A stretch of 64,000 bases of DNA from Octopus vulgaris (lineage: Eukaryota). Position 1 is the first letter of the stretch, and the number at the start of each line of letters is the position of its first letter. The stretch spans positions 134,168,001-134,232,000 of the forward strand of contig OX597815.1 of NCBI GenBank assembly GCA_951406725.2. The letters are read 5' to 3'. The notes below the pieces were generated by a model that saw nothing but the letters and a program-made list of their open reading frames with translations, made no database searches and was not told where the DNA came from. Positions 41,003-52,987 of this stretch are shown piece by piece. Made by a program: the position numbers and the translations under genes.

Positions 41003-42039
41003 GTAAGTCTTTGTAGGGTACAATGCTATATAAAATTTAATTTAGATAAATTTTGACCATTTGATGATAATTATGATTAAATTGAATTGTCCCCTTAATG
41101 CAACGTATGTTTATTATATTTCAACACATCATGAACCATAAGCCATGACTTTGCACCTCAACCATGCAATTTATGAGTATTTTCAGTTTTTTTTTTTTTT
41201 TTTTTAATAAGTTCATTAATCTGAATGATGTTTGACAGACACACACATTAGTAGCCATAGATAACCATAGACATTTTCTGTTGCCGGAGATTTGCAAGAA
41301 TTAAAATCATCACCACCTTTTGGCTGCAGTGCAAAAGATAAAACAGGTAGAATTAAAAGAAATAGGTATTAGTTGTATGACCTTACCTGTTAGTGTTAAG
41401 TGACTGATGAATTAACGAGTGAAGATAATTCATTAGTCAATTAAAATAATAGAAAATTTTATAGTGTTTGAAGAAGATGGAATAAAAACACTAGTGTAAC
41501 TAATTATACAGTTATTGTGTAAGTGAAAGGTACATGATTTAATCTTGTCAGCTCCTTTTTCTTTTACATCTCAATTTAGTTCTTTATAATGTCTGATGTC
41601 TTGGTAGGGGGCTCTGAAAGAGGTCTCAGAGAGTAGCATCCCTGCCTTCCACCACATTTCTTAAAACTCATGGTAGAAGCCTTGTTCTTGGGACCATTCA
41701 TGTCCAGAAACTGAGATTGGGCGTAAGCAAGGGCATGCTTCCCGTAGAAAATCCAGTTCCAAGCAAACCTCATATTAGCAGAAGAGATGGCAAGATGGTG
41801 TGAGGGCAGTTGCTATGGCATTGAGGTAGATCCGGCCATCCCCATTAACAGGGACAAAACCTGGATTTAAAACACTGGATGAAGATGATGATGATGATAA
41901 TGTCTGATGTCATATCATGTGATCATATGATTGACCAGACTATCAGATGTTATTATACATTGCTGGTCACAATATGCTTTGCATTGTTTTAGCTTTCAAA
42001 TGATCCCACTGGCTAGGCAAGCACTCACTCATCCATGCC

Positions 42040-42470
42040 CTTGTTCAATGGGGCTGGGGTCATAGTGGTCCCAGAAGCATCATGGTGCATAGAGTCGTCA
42101 ACCAGATCCACCAGTGCCCCTTATCAATAGTGGTCCTATGCCAGCCCCTTTGCATCCTCTAAGATGATGTCAAATCTCTGAGTTTTGTTGGTCGGAGAAA
42201 TGCAGGGGTTCATTCTGATGCTGAGCCATCTGGTTTCTTCTGGTTGGTGTTGAAACAAGTTGAAGGTTCTTCTGGGTGGGTTGTTAGCCCTCCACAGAAT
42301 AGTCGGATGATGGGGCTGCCATTTTGGTGACGAGCCGATGTGCTGTGGGCCACTGTTAACCTGGAACTTCACTGTGAAACCGGACTGCCTAGGGTGGACC
42401 TACCAGGAATAAAGCTCCAAACAGATCTGCAGAACATGCAAGCCCTCTCACTATGACAAGGCCAGACCCA
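42040..42470 (-). mobile_element. Probable RTE/BovB-type LINE 5' region fragment
   Basis: Minus strand gccttgtcatagtgagagggcttgcatg..ggtccaccctaggcag resembles the conserved RTE 5' UTR motif (recalled, not searched). Confidence 0.4.
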
Positions 42471-42547
42471 GGAGAGGGCTAAGCAAGCAGGCCATGTCTA
42501 ATGTCATATGCTATATACAGATCCAATTTTTTAGCATGACATCTTAA

Positions 42548-42734
42548 CCCTTTTGATACTAAACTACCTAAGACTGCCCCTAGTCTGATGATACACATTT
42601 ATTTTTTTGAAAGTGATTTAAATTAAAACCTTCCATTAAAATTTCATGCTAATTTATTGTCCAAATAATTAAGTTAATAAAACATTTATTTTACTAAATT
42701 CTTTGTTTCAAAGGCAAATATGGTAACAAAAGGG
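42548..42734. mobile_element. piggyBac-type MITE
   Basis: TTAA|cccttttgatac ... gtaacaaaaggg|TTAA (11/12 TIR match, TTAA TSD). Decayed relatives at about 31950-32165, 44435-44660 and 62785-62935. Confidence 0.75.
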
Positions 42735-43065
42735 TTAAAGCATTAATTAAGATAAATATTTGCATTATGATTCATCAATTCTTCTTGTTTGTAGTCCAGT
42801 GCAACAATAACTTTAGCCAATTGTACAAGCAAATGGTGGTTTGTCAGTAAAAGTATTGGACTAAATGCTTGTGACATTTATTAATCTTCCATTATGTTCT
42901 GGTTTTAATCATCACTGGAGGTCAATACAATAAGTAACAGTCATTCACTGGATTTCAATACAATCAATTATGTCTCACTCTCTCTTTTTACAATTTGTGG
43001 TTTTGTACAAATATTAGAAATCAACTTATTGTCAAGAGATAAAATTTTCCTTTTCCTATTCTTAG

Positions 43066-43171
43066 TCCCGGCTATATATGACTGTACAGTCGCATTTCGT
43101 AAGGATGGTGCTGAACCAACTCTGAGAAATATTTTACATGGACGCATGTGTCGAGCTGAAATGTATGTAAG
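43066..43171 (+). CDS. AGPAT4: AGPAT3/4-like exon 5
   Basis: IPAIYDCTVAFRKDGAEPTLRNILHGRMCRAEMYVR; cttag| and |gtatgt; phase 1/2. Confidence 0.93.
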
Positions 43172-43289
43172 GTATGTATGCACTGTGTTCTGTGTTCTCT
43201 TCAATAAATCGATCAATCAATCAATCATCGTTGTCATCATTGTCATCATCATTGTAAAAATTGTCCTGCTGCATTTCTTTTGACTCTTT

Positions 43290-43925
43290 ACATTCTGAGT
43301 TCAAACTGTATTGGGGTTAACTTTGCCTTTCATCATTTTAGGGTTGATAAAATGAAGCAACTGTGAAGTACTGAAGTTGATTAATCAACTAACCACCTTC
43401 TCTCATAATTGCTGGCCTTGTACCTAAATTAGAAACAGTTATTAATATCATTATTATCATTATTTAAGGCAGCGAGCTGGTAGAATTGTTAGCACACAGG
43501 GCAAGATGCTTAGCTGCATTTTGTCCATCTTTACGTTCTGATTTCAAACTCTGCTGAGGTTGACTTTACCTTTCATCCTTTTGCGGTCGATAAATTAAGT
43601 ACCAGTTGAGTACTGGGGTTGATGTAATCGACTTACCCCCTCCCCCAAAATTTCAGGCCTTGTGCCTTTAGTAGAAAGGATCATTATTATAATCATTATT
43701 AAAAAAAATGAGAGCGGTGAGATGGCAGAATCATTAGCATGCTGGATGAAATGCTTAGCGGTATTTCACCTGTCGCTATATTCTGAGTTCAAATTCTGCC
43801 AAGGTCGACTTTGCCTTTCATCCTTTTGGGATCGGTAAAATAAGTATCAGTGAAACACTGAGGTTGATGTAATCAGCTAGTACCCTCCCCCAAAATTTCA
43901 GGCCTTGTGCCTATAGTAGAAAGGA
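43290..43925 (+). mobile_element. Three head-to-tail family B SINEs with (att)n tails
   Basis: Repeated gagttcaaa..gactttgcctttcatcc..ggccttgtgcc units at about 43290, 43468 and 43715. Confidence 0.8.
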
Positions 43926-44126
43926 TTATTATTATTATTCCAGCAAAATAAATGGGATTCATTATAGGCAGCCATAAATGATATACTAGAGAAATTGATG
44001 AATTTATAACAAAGAATGGATTGAGATATTTGAACATGTGGGTTTTCTAAATATAGATGTAAAAGATTTTAATAATGATTTTATATTAACCTTTCTCAAC
44101 CATCAAAATGTCTCTTTTTTCTTCAG

Positions 44127-44205
44127 GAGAATCCCTATTGATACAGTTCCTTACAACGATAGCAAAGAATGTGCCAACTGGCTCCATAAACTCTATCAAG
44201 AAAAG
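44127..44205 (+). CDS. AGPAT4: AGPAT3/4-like exon 6
   Basis: RIPIDTVPYNDSKECANWLHKLYQEK; cttcag| and |gtaaga; phase 2/0. Confidence 0.93.
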
Positions 44206-45056
44206 GTAAGAGTTTCTTTTATTTTGATAGCCAAAAACTATTGTTTGATGACTGGATATCAATAAATATTGTATCAATACAACATGCTTATGGGTAATTA
44301 TGTAAAAGCAGGTCCTGTATAATGTGCTTAATAGACATTATCAAGTCTCACTGTGAAAATAGATCCCATAATTAAACCACAGACTTTTTGTCAGCTTCAT
44401 ATGAGGTTCAAACTGACAAGTTTTATCTTTTCATTAACCTCTTTCTTACCATATTTCTATTGAAACACACAGCTTTTTAGTTCTGATAAATTTGAAAATA
44501 ATGAAGAATTTGATAATATAACTATCATTATTAAGTTGATATTTAAAACATGAATTAACATGAACTTTTGATGGAAGATTTTAATTTTGATTTAGATCAC
44601 TTTAAAACTGGAAGTTTGTATCAAAGAACTGTGAGAGATGTCAGGTAGTTTTGTATTAAAAGATCAATCTTTGTATTAAAAGATCAATCTGTTTACAAGC
44701 TGCTAAAGTTAAGAATAGAACTTTTGTAGGGAATGTATGCAGAATTATAATGAGTATAATAGAATATATGTAACAATCTTACATATATTCTATTATGCTT
44801 GTCATTATATAAAGTTGGCTATGCATAGCATTATTCTATAATTCTTTTTATGTTCTCTGTAAGAAGTCCTTTTTATGTTAGAGCCTCATCAGATTCTAAG
44901 GTGAAGTAAGTGACTGAGCCTCACTTCAAGTTACTGAAAACCCTGTAATTTATCGACAGGGGTCTATTTTTCACAGAAAAACTAAAAATATTTATTAAAC
45001 ATATATGATTTCCACTCGTGTGTGAAAGTTATGTACAGCATATTTATCATGTGCAT

Positions 45057-45455
45057 CTGTATACAGCAGAAGTAGTCATAGTGGTGTAGGATGTGGGTAA
45101 AGCAGAAATGGTGGTGGTAGTGGTGAGGTACCTGTATGCTGCAAATGTGACAGTTGTAGTGTGTACACAGTAGAAATAGTGTGGTGATTGTAGTGATGGT
45201 GGTGGTGATAGTAGTAATGCAGTGTCTGTACACAACAGAAGCAGTAGTAGGAAGTATGCATACAGCAGGTGGTAGTAGTGATGTCTGTACACAACAAAAT
45301 TTGGTGGTGGGATGTTTGTACGCCGCAGAAGTGATGGTGATGGTGGTGGTGGTGGTGGTGATAGTAGCTGCAGCAGCAGAGGAGGAGTGACGTCTGTACA
45401 GAACACAAGTAACTGTGATAGAAGTAGGGCCTCTGTATGCTAGAGTGGGTGATAG
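45057..45455. repeat. Degenerate ~30-bp minisatellite (ctgtacacagcagaag plus GTG/GTA-rich spacer)
   Basis: About 9 units, for example at 45057, 45132, 45226, 45285 and 45394. Confidence 0.7.
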
Positions 45456-45509
45456 TCAAACAACCTTATTGAGCACACATTATTAAAATATGTTTTTATC
45501 TATTTCCAG

Positions 45510-45711
45510 GATAAACTATTTGATCAGTTCACTATGCTAGGTCGTTTCAGTGGAGTCCAGAAACGTACAATACCCCGACGTTATTGGGATTTGATCGTCT
45601 GGCTTTGTTGGGCATCAGTTCTCTGTCTGCCACTATTTGTGTATATATGGAATCTTATCCAAAATGGAATCACTCTTTACCAAGCTTTATTTGTTGTCAC
45701 TTTGACTGTAG
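45510..45711 (+). CDS. AGPAT4: AGPAT3/4-like exon 7
   Basis: DKLFDQFTMLGRFSG..PRRYWDLIVWLCWASVLCLPLF..LTV with C-terminal TM segments; |gtgagt donor. Confidence 0.92.
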
Positions 45712-47779
45712 GTGAGTATTTCACTGTCATTATTATGGCAATAGAAGGCATGAGCTAGCATAACCACTAGAGCCTCAGACAAAATGCTTAACAGTAGTAT
45801 TTCTTTCAGCTCATTACATTTTGAGATCAAATTCTGCCAAATTCCAATAAAATAAGTACCAGTTAGACTCTAAGGTTGATGAGGTTGACTTACCTCCCCA
45901 CTAAAACTTGCTTGCTTTGTACCAAGATTTGAAAAGAAACACTATTACATGCTTGTGTGTGTGTGTGTGCATGCATGCATATTTTGAAACATGAACATCA
46001 TTTTAGAGTATTGATTACAACAAGGGAGTATATAGAGTTACATATACTTGCTGATATACACCCATACTAGCGCGTGCATGTGTACACATGCAGACATATT
46101 GTCCTTTGTATCAAGAAAGCAAAATACCCCAAAATTTTCAGTTTGATAATTATGTTCTGATTTCTCCTCAAGCTTATCAAGCTTTGTCTTCTCTCTGTCT
46201 CTTCTACTACATCTTCCTCTGCTTCTCTCAACTTGATGACTCTAACACTCCCACTTGCTGCTCTTGTCTCTCCTCATGTCCCTCTACTGTCCTTCTGGAT
46301 CTTTCTTACTCTCTTTATGTTCCATTTAACCTTTGAACTACAACAGTTTTAAACTAAACATTGATGGGGGTGACCATACCTTGTTCACCTTATTTTCTAA
46401 TTTATGAAGGACTGAAAAAAGCTATGAGCAATTCCCCTCATCAAAGTAAAAATATAAAGTTTAATAACTAAATATTACTTTACACAGTGTGTTGAAGGTG
46501 GTTGAAAATAAAGAGTATCAAACTAGATACATTATGAAACTAATTTTATTGTATATTATGGAGTATACTTGTTTGTTTTACATATCTTTTTCGATACAAG
46601 TATAGGTTGAATGTTTACTTATTTGAGGCCATATTTTTATGGCCAAATGCATTCTAGATGGGTACTTATTTGAGGCAGTATTTTTTATAGCCAGCCACTC
46701 TTCTTGCCACCAATCCTTCCCTGCTTTACAAGAGAGCTTTAATTTCATGAGATCATGAAGTTATAGGATATAATGTTTACGGAGAATGTAAACGCAACAC
46801 TATTCTCTTTTTTTTTGTTGCTCAGACAGTCTTACGCAATAAGCAAAAACAACTTTCATGCACACACAAACATACATGGTGGGCTTCCATGCATCTTCTA
46901 CCTACAAATTTCCCTGATAAGGATTGATCAGCCCAAAGCAACAGTAGAGGACGTTTGCCAAGAATTCTGCACCATGAATTAAATATACCATAGAATATAT
47001 ATTTATTTCTGATGTAAAATTAGTTTTATAAACCTTTGAGAAAACTTAGATTACAAAAAAAAAACATAAAAAATCACAATTTCAGTTGTATACTTAAATT
47101 TTATATCATTGCTACCCTTTCTGGCCTAGTCTACTTAATTTTAAATTGTTAGATTTGGTTTATTATTTACAACAAATTTTGTAGTTTTTATTTGGTACCA
47201 AATTATCTCTGAGCAGTCCCATGATGAAAGCTGTTCAAGTGTGATCATGTTTAAAGCTTAAAGGATAATGTTGCTAAGAATACTTTATTCTGAATATACA
47301 TTTGCTTCTTTTTTTGAGGTGGTAGAGTGTGATTTGAGTGAGATTTGGCTGTTATTTCTAGCAAAATAATAGATACTGAAGAGCCCATCCTCTCTCAAAG
47401 CATTTCTCTAGTTAGCAGGGCTGAGGTCAAATTCTTGTATGGGCCATTTGGGAATAAACAATTACTGATAGTAATGTAAAGTACAAGTCAGTTTTTGGTG
47501 AACAAACTTTGTGACCCATTTTCAGTTCTTAGTTGTTTACATTTTCAGTTCTTAGTTCTTTACATATCACTAATGTCTACAGGATATTAGTAATTGTTGT
47601 AATACTTTCTAAAACCGAAGATGAATGTCCATCTGGATTCTCAATGGCAGACACCTCCTCTCCAATCTCAGCTATGCTGTTGATATTTCTGCTATATGCA
47701 AATCTTGTTAGGACTTACAATCTTTTGTTGACTCTCTTGCTAAGCGTGCTGCAGAGGTCAGACTTTCTATCTACATATC

Positions 47780-48430
47780 AAGAATAGAACGCATGACAAG
47801 AGATAAATCTAATCTGGGCCTCAGCCATACAATATATGCCAAATCAGTAAAGAAAGTTTCTGAATTCACCTACTCCAGACACAAACAATGGAATGATAGC
47901 TGTGAACCATAGAATCAAATTTGATTGAGCAGACTTTGTTAAGAACGAAATTGCACTTACTTCAAAACGGATCCCATATCACATAAAACCAAGCATCTAC
48001 AATACCTATGTTCTTCCTGTAGTTTTATATAGGCTTGAATGTGTCAACTTGACTTCTGTTGAACTATAGAAACTTTCAGAATCATGTAATGTGACTTATG
48101 AACACCAAACTCTCAGACCATGTCAGAATTGGAGATCTTAGGCAAATAACCAAATTACCACCAATTACCTCCTCTGTCATCAAACATAAAGTACTCAAAC
48201 TGTTTAGCCACATTGAATGATTTGTGGTGTCAGTGAGATCTGTTTGGAAGGCATGATTAAAAGAAAGAGAAACAGAGGTTGGCAACCTAAGAAATGGAAA
48301 GATAATATCACAGCATGGATAGGTCTTAACATAATTTCTCTGAACACTTGCCAAAGATTGAATTCTATGGCAGCAAGTATCTCATGTTAATGTGATGCCT
48401 GCTGCAGATGGAGATAGTAGGAATTGATGA
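47780..48430 (+). mobile_element. Old RTE-like LINE 3' remnant
   Basis: KRIPYHIKPSIYNTYVLPVVLYRLECVNLT resembles the RTE K..IY...V.P.LLYG.E.W motif. Confidence 0.55.
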
Positions 48431-50227
48431 ATGTCTATAGGAAGAGAATAAAAATATAGAAGTCCACAAAATTATCTGCCATTTTTCCAACAATTTTGGC
48501 CACCTTTTTGAATTCAATATCTTTATACCCATCAGATATGCTTATGAAATTAAAAACAAAAAACAGCACAGTACCCATGATTTTGGAAACATTTTTTACG
48601 CTCTCAGAAGCTTGAAATAAACCATCCACATCTATTGTTAGCTGAAGGGACACTGCCTCCTTTTAAAAAAATCCATACTTCTCTATATTTGCTGGCAATG
48701 CTCCTGATGTGCCAATGCACCTTTTCCTCTCTGTGTTTCTTAGAATGTCTTCTGTTCTATCCTGTGTTCTGTGTCATGTACCTTTAGCTTTCCTTACTTA
48801 TTGCTGTTTTCTGTTACTTCTTTTATCATTTCCTGATGTGTTGTAATGCACTTGAGCCCTGAATACAATAAGCTCATATGTTAAACTTCAAGCCTAGCTA
48901 AAGATAGTAACCAGGGGCAACCATTGTAGTGTATCTGCCTTTAAGCTCTGATTACATCACAGTAAAATACTTCTTAAACCAATGAGAGAGAGAATGAGAG
49001 TACAAGTGATACTGAACTAAGTGTTTTAAGATGAACAACTTCAGTTCCATTGTGGTAGTATCAGTTTAGCCATCTAATTACATACAAAACTGTTAGATTC
49101 ATCATCATCATCATCATCAATTTACATGTTTTCCGTGCTGGCATGGGTTGGGCTGTTTGGCAGGTATTATGGGAAGCCACAAGGCTGTATTGTGCTTCAA
49201 TGTCAGCTTTCACAGAGTTTCTATGATAGATGCCCTTCCAAACAATGTGTACTGGGTGCTTTTTTTTTTGTGCTACTGGCACAAGTGAGGTTGCCAAATA
49301 ACTTACAAGAAAGGAAAAACAAGGAAAAAGCTCTTTTGGCTAGGTGGTGGGAGGATTTGAGAGTGAGAAGAGATGTTTTTATGTCAGGTGTTGGAAGCTT
49401 AAAGTATAATTAAGGGACAAGCACATGTGTCTTGTTATATTCAAGATATATGGCTACCCTGCATTGCATAAGGGTAAGAATAGCTGAGAGGAAGATAAGA
49501 TGATAGTGATGGGGTACCAGAGCAAGCCCTCAGAGAGTAATAGAAGATATGAGCTGGTGCCAGAGCAAATCCTCAGGGAGCAAGAGAGGGGAAGGAGAGG
49601 TGGGCGTTATGAGTATGAGGGAAGAGTAACAGATGCTTAGATCAGGGGTAGAGATGACTGAAATAAGTGATAAACAGGGGTGGAAGTGCTGCTTGATGAG
49701 AAGTATCAGTATTGGGTGGGAGGGGATAGGGATGATAGATCAGTAAGTAGAGGGTAATAAGCAAGATATAAGAGCATCTTGAGATCAGCCTTCACTACCT
49801 CATCAGATGTTTTTCACTTTAAATTTATTTTGTGAAGTATTGAAATTTTTGTCCCACAACTGCAAATCTGGCCACTGACACAGTTTCAATGCAACATTTT
49901 TGTCACAGTCATATGATGAAAATTTTGACAGCTCATTATATAAATTAAAGAGAATTCAACAGCTTTGTATGTTATTAAATGGCTAGTATGGCTGTATCAC
50001 AGTGTAATTGCTTCAGTTGCAACACACAGTCTCATATCAACTTACTTGCTTGACAAGTACAACTTCAAGCCTTCAGTTACACTCTGGTGAATTCATTTTA
50101 TGTTATTCTGCAAAAATTAAAACTCTTTAGCACTGTTAATATATTTAACTCTTTTCATCTATGAGTGAAGAACTTAGCTTGGGAGAAACATTTTCTGAAG
50201 CAATCTTTATAAGTTTAGAATAACTAA

Positions 50228-50524
50228 AACATAAAGTATACTAGCCATCTCAATATGGCTAACCACTAAGGGTGGGTGTTACTGTAGCTTTTAGCCTCAG
50301 GAGATCATCGTCTCCAGCTGGCTTTAGACACACTTTCTGTGCCCTTATGATATTTGCAAAGGGAGGGAGAGAGAGAGAGGGATGACCTCCCTTTGCAAAT
50401 ATCATAAGGGCACAGAAAGTGTGTCTAAAGCCAGCTGGAGACGATGATCTCTAGGGGCTAAAAGCTACAGTAACACCCACCCTTAGTGGTTAGCCATATT
50501 AAGATGGCTAGTATACTTTATGTT
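50228..50524. repeat. Near-perfect inverted repeat, 139-bp arms, 19-nt loop
   Basis: 50228-50366 against 50386-50524; about 4 mismatches by eye. Confidence 0.95.
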
Positions 50525-51490
50525 GTCGAGCGGTTACTGTTTACATCTCATTCAGAGATTTATTATAACTAAAACAATTTTCTAGGAAATTTTATGTCTA
50601 AGAAACCAAATTTATTGACTTTTTTTTTTTTTTTTCAAATCCTGGAACCAGATGTAATATCAGGTGGATTGATACCAAAAATGTTAATCATTATTTCTTG
50701 CATTTGCATAATAAGGTGAAGGAGAGGGATATGTCATTGAACTAATTTTGATACATTTGTAGCAGTGGACAAATGTCATCAGATGAGGCACCTTTAATTT
50801 ACATGGTAGAGCTGACACACCACCTGATTTAACATCATCACTTGTCTGGTGCCTTTGATTTGCATGCTAGACTTAACACACTACTTGGTTTTTCTATAAT
50901 GAAGCAGCAGCTCCGCCCCTGTTCATCACATTTCATTCATCTCTACCCCAGATCTAAGCGTCTGTTACTCTTCCTTTGCACTCTTATAACTTCCCACCTC
51001 TCCTTTCCCTCTCTTGCTCCTGAAGATTTGCTCGGCACCTGCCTATATCCTTTATTGTTCCTCAAGGGCTTGCTCTGGTATCCCGTTACTATCATCTATC
51101 TTCCTCCTAGCTACTGCAACTCATTCAAAAAGGGTAAAAGAGGGGACAGAAAGTAACAATAAGTCAAGTGAAGGAAGACAGTAATGCAAGCCAAAAATTG
51201 CATACACAGTATACAAGATATACAATTTAATACCATCACATGGTTTAATGTCTTTAATTTGAATTATAGGTCTTTCATGTCAATTGGTTTAACACTTTCA
51301 TGTCACATGGTCTGATGCCTTTAATTTGTGTGGTTGACTAAATATGCCTCCTATTTAACACCATTACCTCAGACATGCATACCTTTAGCTAGTTCATGGT
51401 ATTGCAAGCTTTCAGAGCAGAATCCTGCTTCCTTTCTAGTCTGTAGGAATACAACCATATGTGAAGAGGTTGGTGACATAGGTCTCCTTT

Positions 51491-52484
51491 TGTAAGCCGC
51501 ACGGTCGCATTCCCAACAAAATAAGATAAGCCATAATACAACATATATAATACAGTGCCAACAGAATATATATGAATGACGACAAGCCGTTCCACTGTTT
51601 GAGAGAAGAGAAGATTTTATTAAGGTGTTAAAGTTAGAGTGTTGTGAGTGCTAGCAAGATAGAGCGTATGTGTGCATGCAACAAGTGTTTGTGTCTGTGT
51701 GTGACAGATACAAAGGTGAATGCGTATAACACAGAAATACAGAGCATAAGATGAAAGTCTCAGCATAGTGTTAAGATGGAATTTAGATTACCAGTTCATG
51801 CGTGAAGTACACAATATGCAAGAGTTCTATACAAGATGTGTCTCGAGGCGGAGGCAAGTTGGGTGAATATGCTGTGCCGCGGTTGTAGCCTCAACGCTGA
51901 GCTGAGTTTCTTAATATAGAATTCTTCAGATGGACTGTTATACTTGGTGAAAGGTTCACTCTAACAGCGTGAGTTGAATCTGTGTAGATGGTGTGTACAT
52001 ATCTGTAGTTGACGGTGGTAAAGTCAACAATGGTAGAGACAACGTAAAGTTGGTACGATGATGGTGACGATGGCAGAGGAGATAGAAAACTTTCTGTCTG
52101 TCGCTGTGGTGTATAATAGCGTCTTAGTGGCTGGCTGACTGGTCATCTGTCACTGGAAACTGGAACACGGCTGAGTACGATGATGGTCAGTGACTAGACT
52201 AGACCTTAAAAGGTCTAGAGTCAAAGACCTCATATACTGAAAGCAAGACCTTTATATAGAGGAGAAATGGCTCAAACAGAGCCTAGGAAAAAGAGTGTCA
52301 CGAGATGCCGTGATTGGTTGACTTTGCACAGTGGCACGAAATAAGTAGAGACAAACCGCGCCCATTGCCAACCAATCAGATCAGTGGACACAACAGGAAC
52401 AGCCCAGCCAAAGATGGCTGTAATCTCAAACGAGATCATTCCTGTTGTGTCTCTCAAATAGTGAGGATATCAGATACCTCTACA
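51491..52484 (-). mobile_element. Probable solo LTR
   Basis: TGTA..TACA termini. On the minus strand, in order: CCAAT boxes (about 52311-52380), TATATAAA (about 52251-58), AATAAA (about 51615-20). CpG-richer than the flanks. TSD not found. Confidence 0.5.
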
Positions 52485-52905
52485 AGTCCATATTTTTCCC
52501 TGCAGACTTTCACTGATCTGAGAGAGCCAGCAAAAGTCATAGGCACTGCCTCTTCTCTCCTAAATTACATAAAGTGAATAAATAAATTTTTAAAATTGAA
52601 AAATAACATTACTGGTACTTATTCTATTGGCTCACCCCCTCAACCTCCACTTACCCACTCCTTCTTCCCATCAGGAGGGTTTGATCTCAGAATATCAAGA
52701 GATGAAAATAAATACTGTTATTTACTGAGGTGCCAGCATAGCTATGTGATTAAGAAGGTTCTTTCCGACTATCTGGCTTTGGGTTTAGTTTCCCTATGTG
52801 GCACATTAAGCAAGTGTCTTCTATAGCCTCAGGGTAACCAAAGCCTTCTCAATGGATTTGGTAAATGAAAACTGAAAAAAAACCTGTTGTGTGTGTGTGT
52901 GTAAG

Positions 52906-52986
<81 letters not shown>

Positions 52987-52987
<1 letters not shown>

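Noticed and set aside
45057-45455. CRISPR-like array
   Set aside because: Eukaryotic intron, degenerate repeats, low-complexity spacers and no cas genes.
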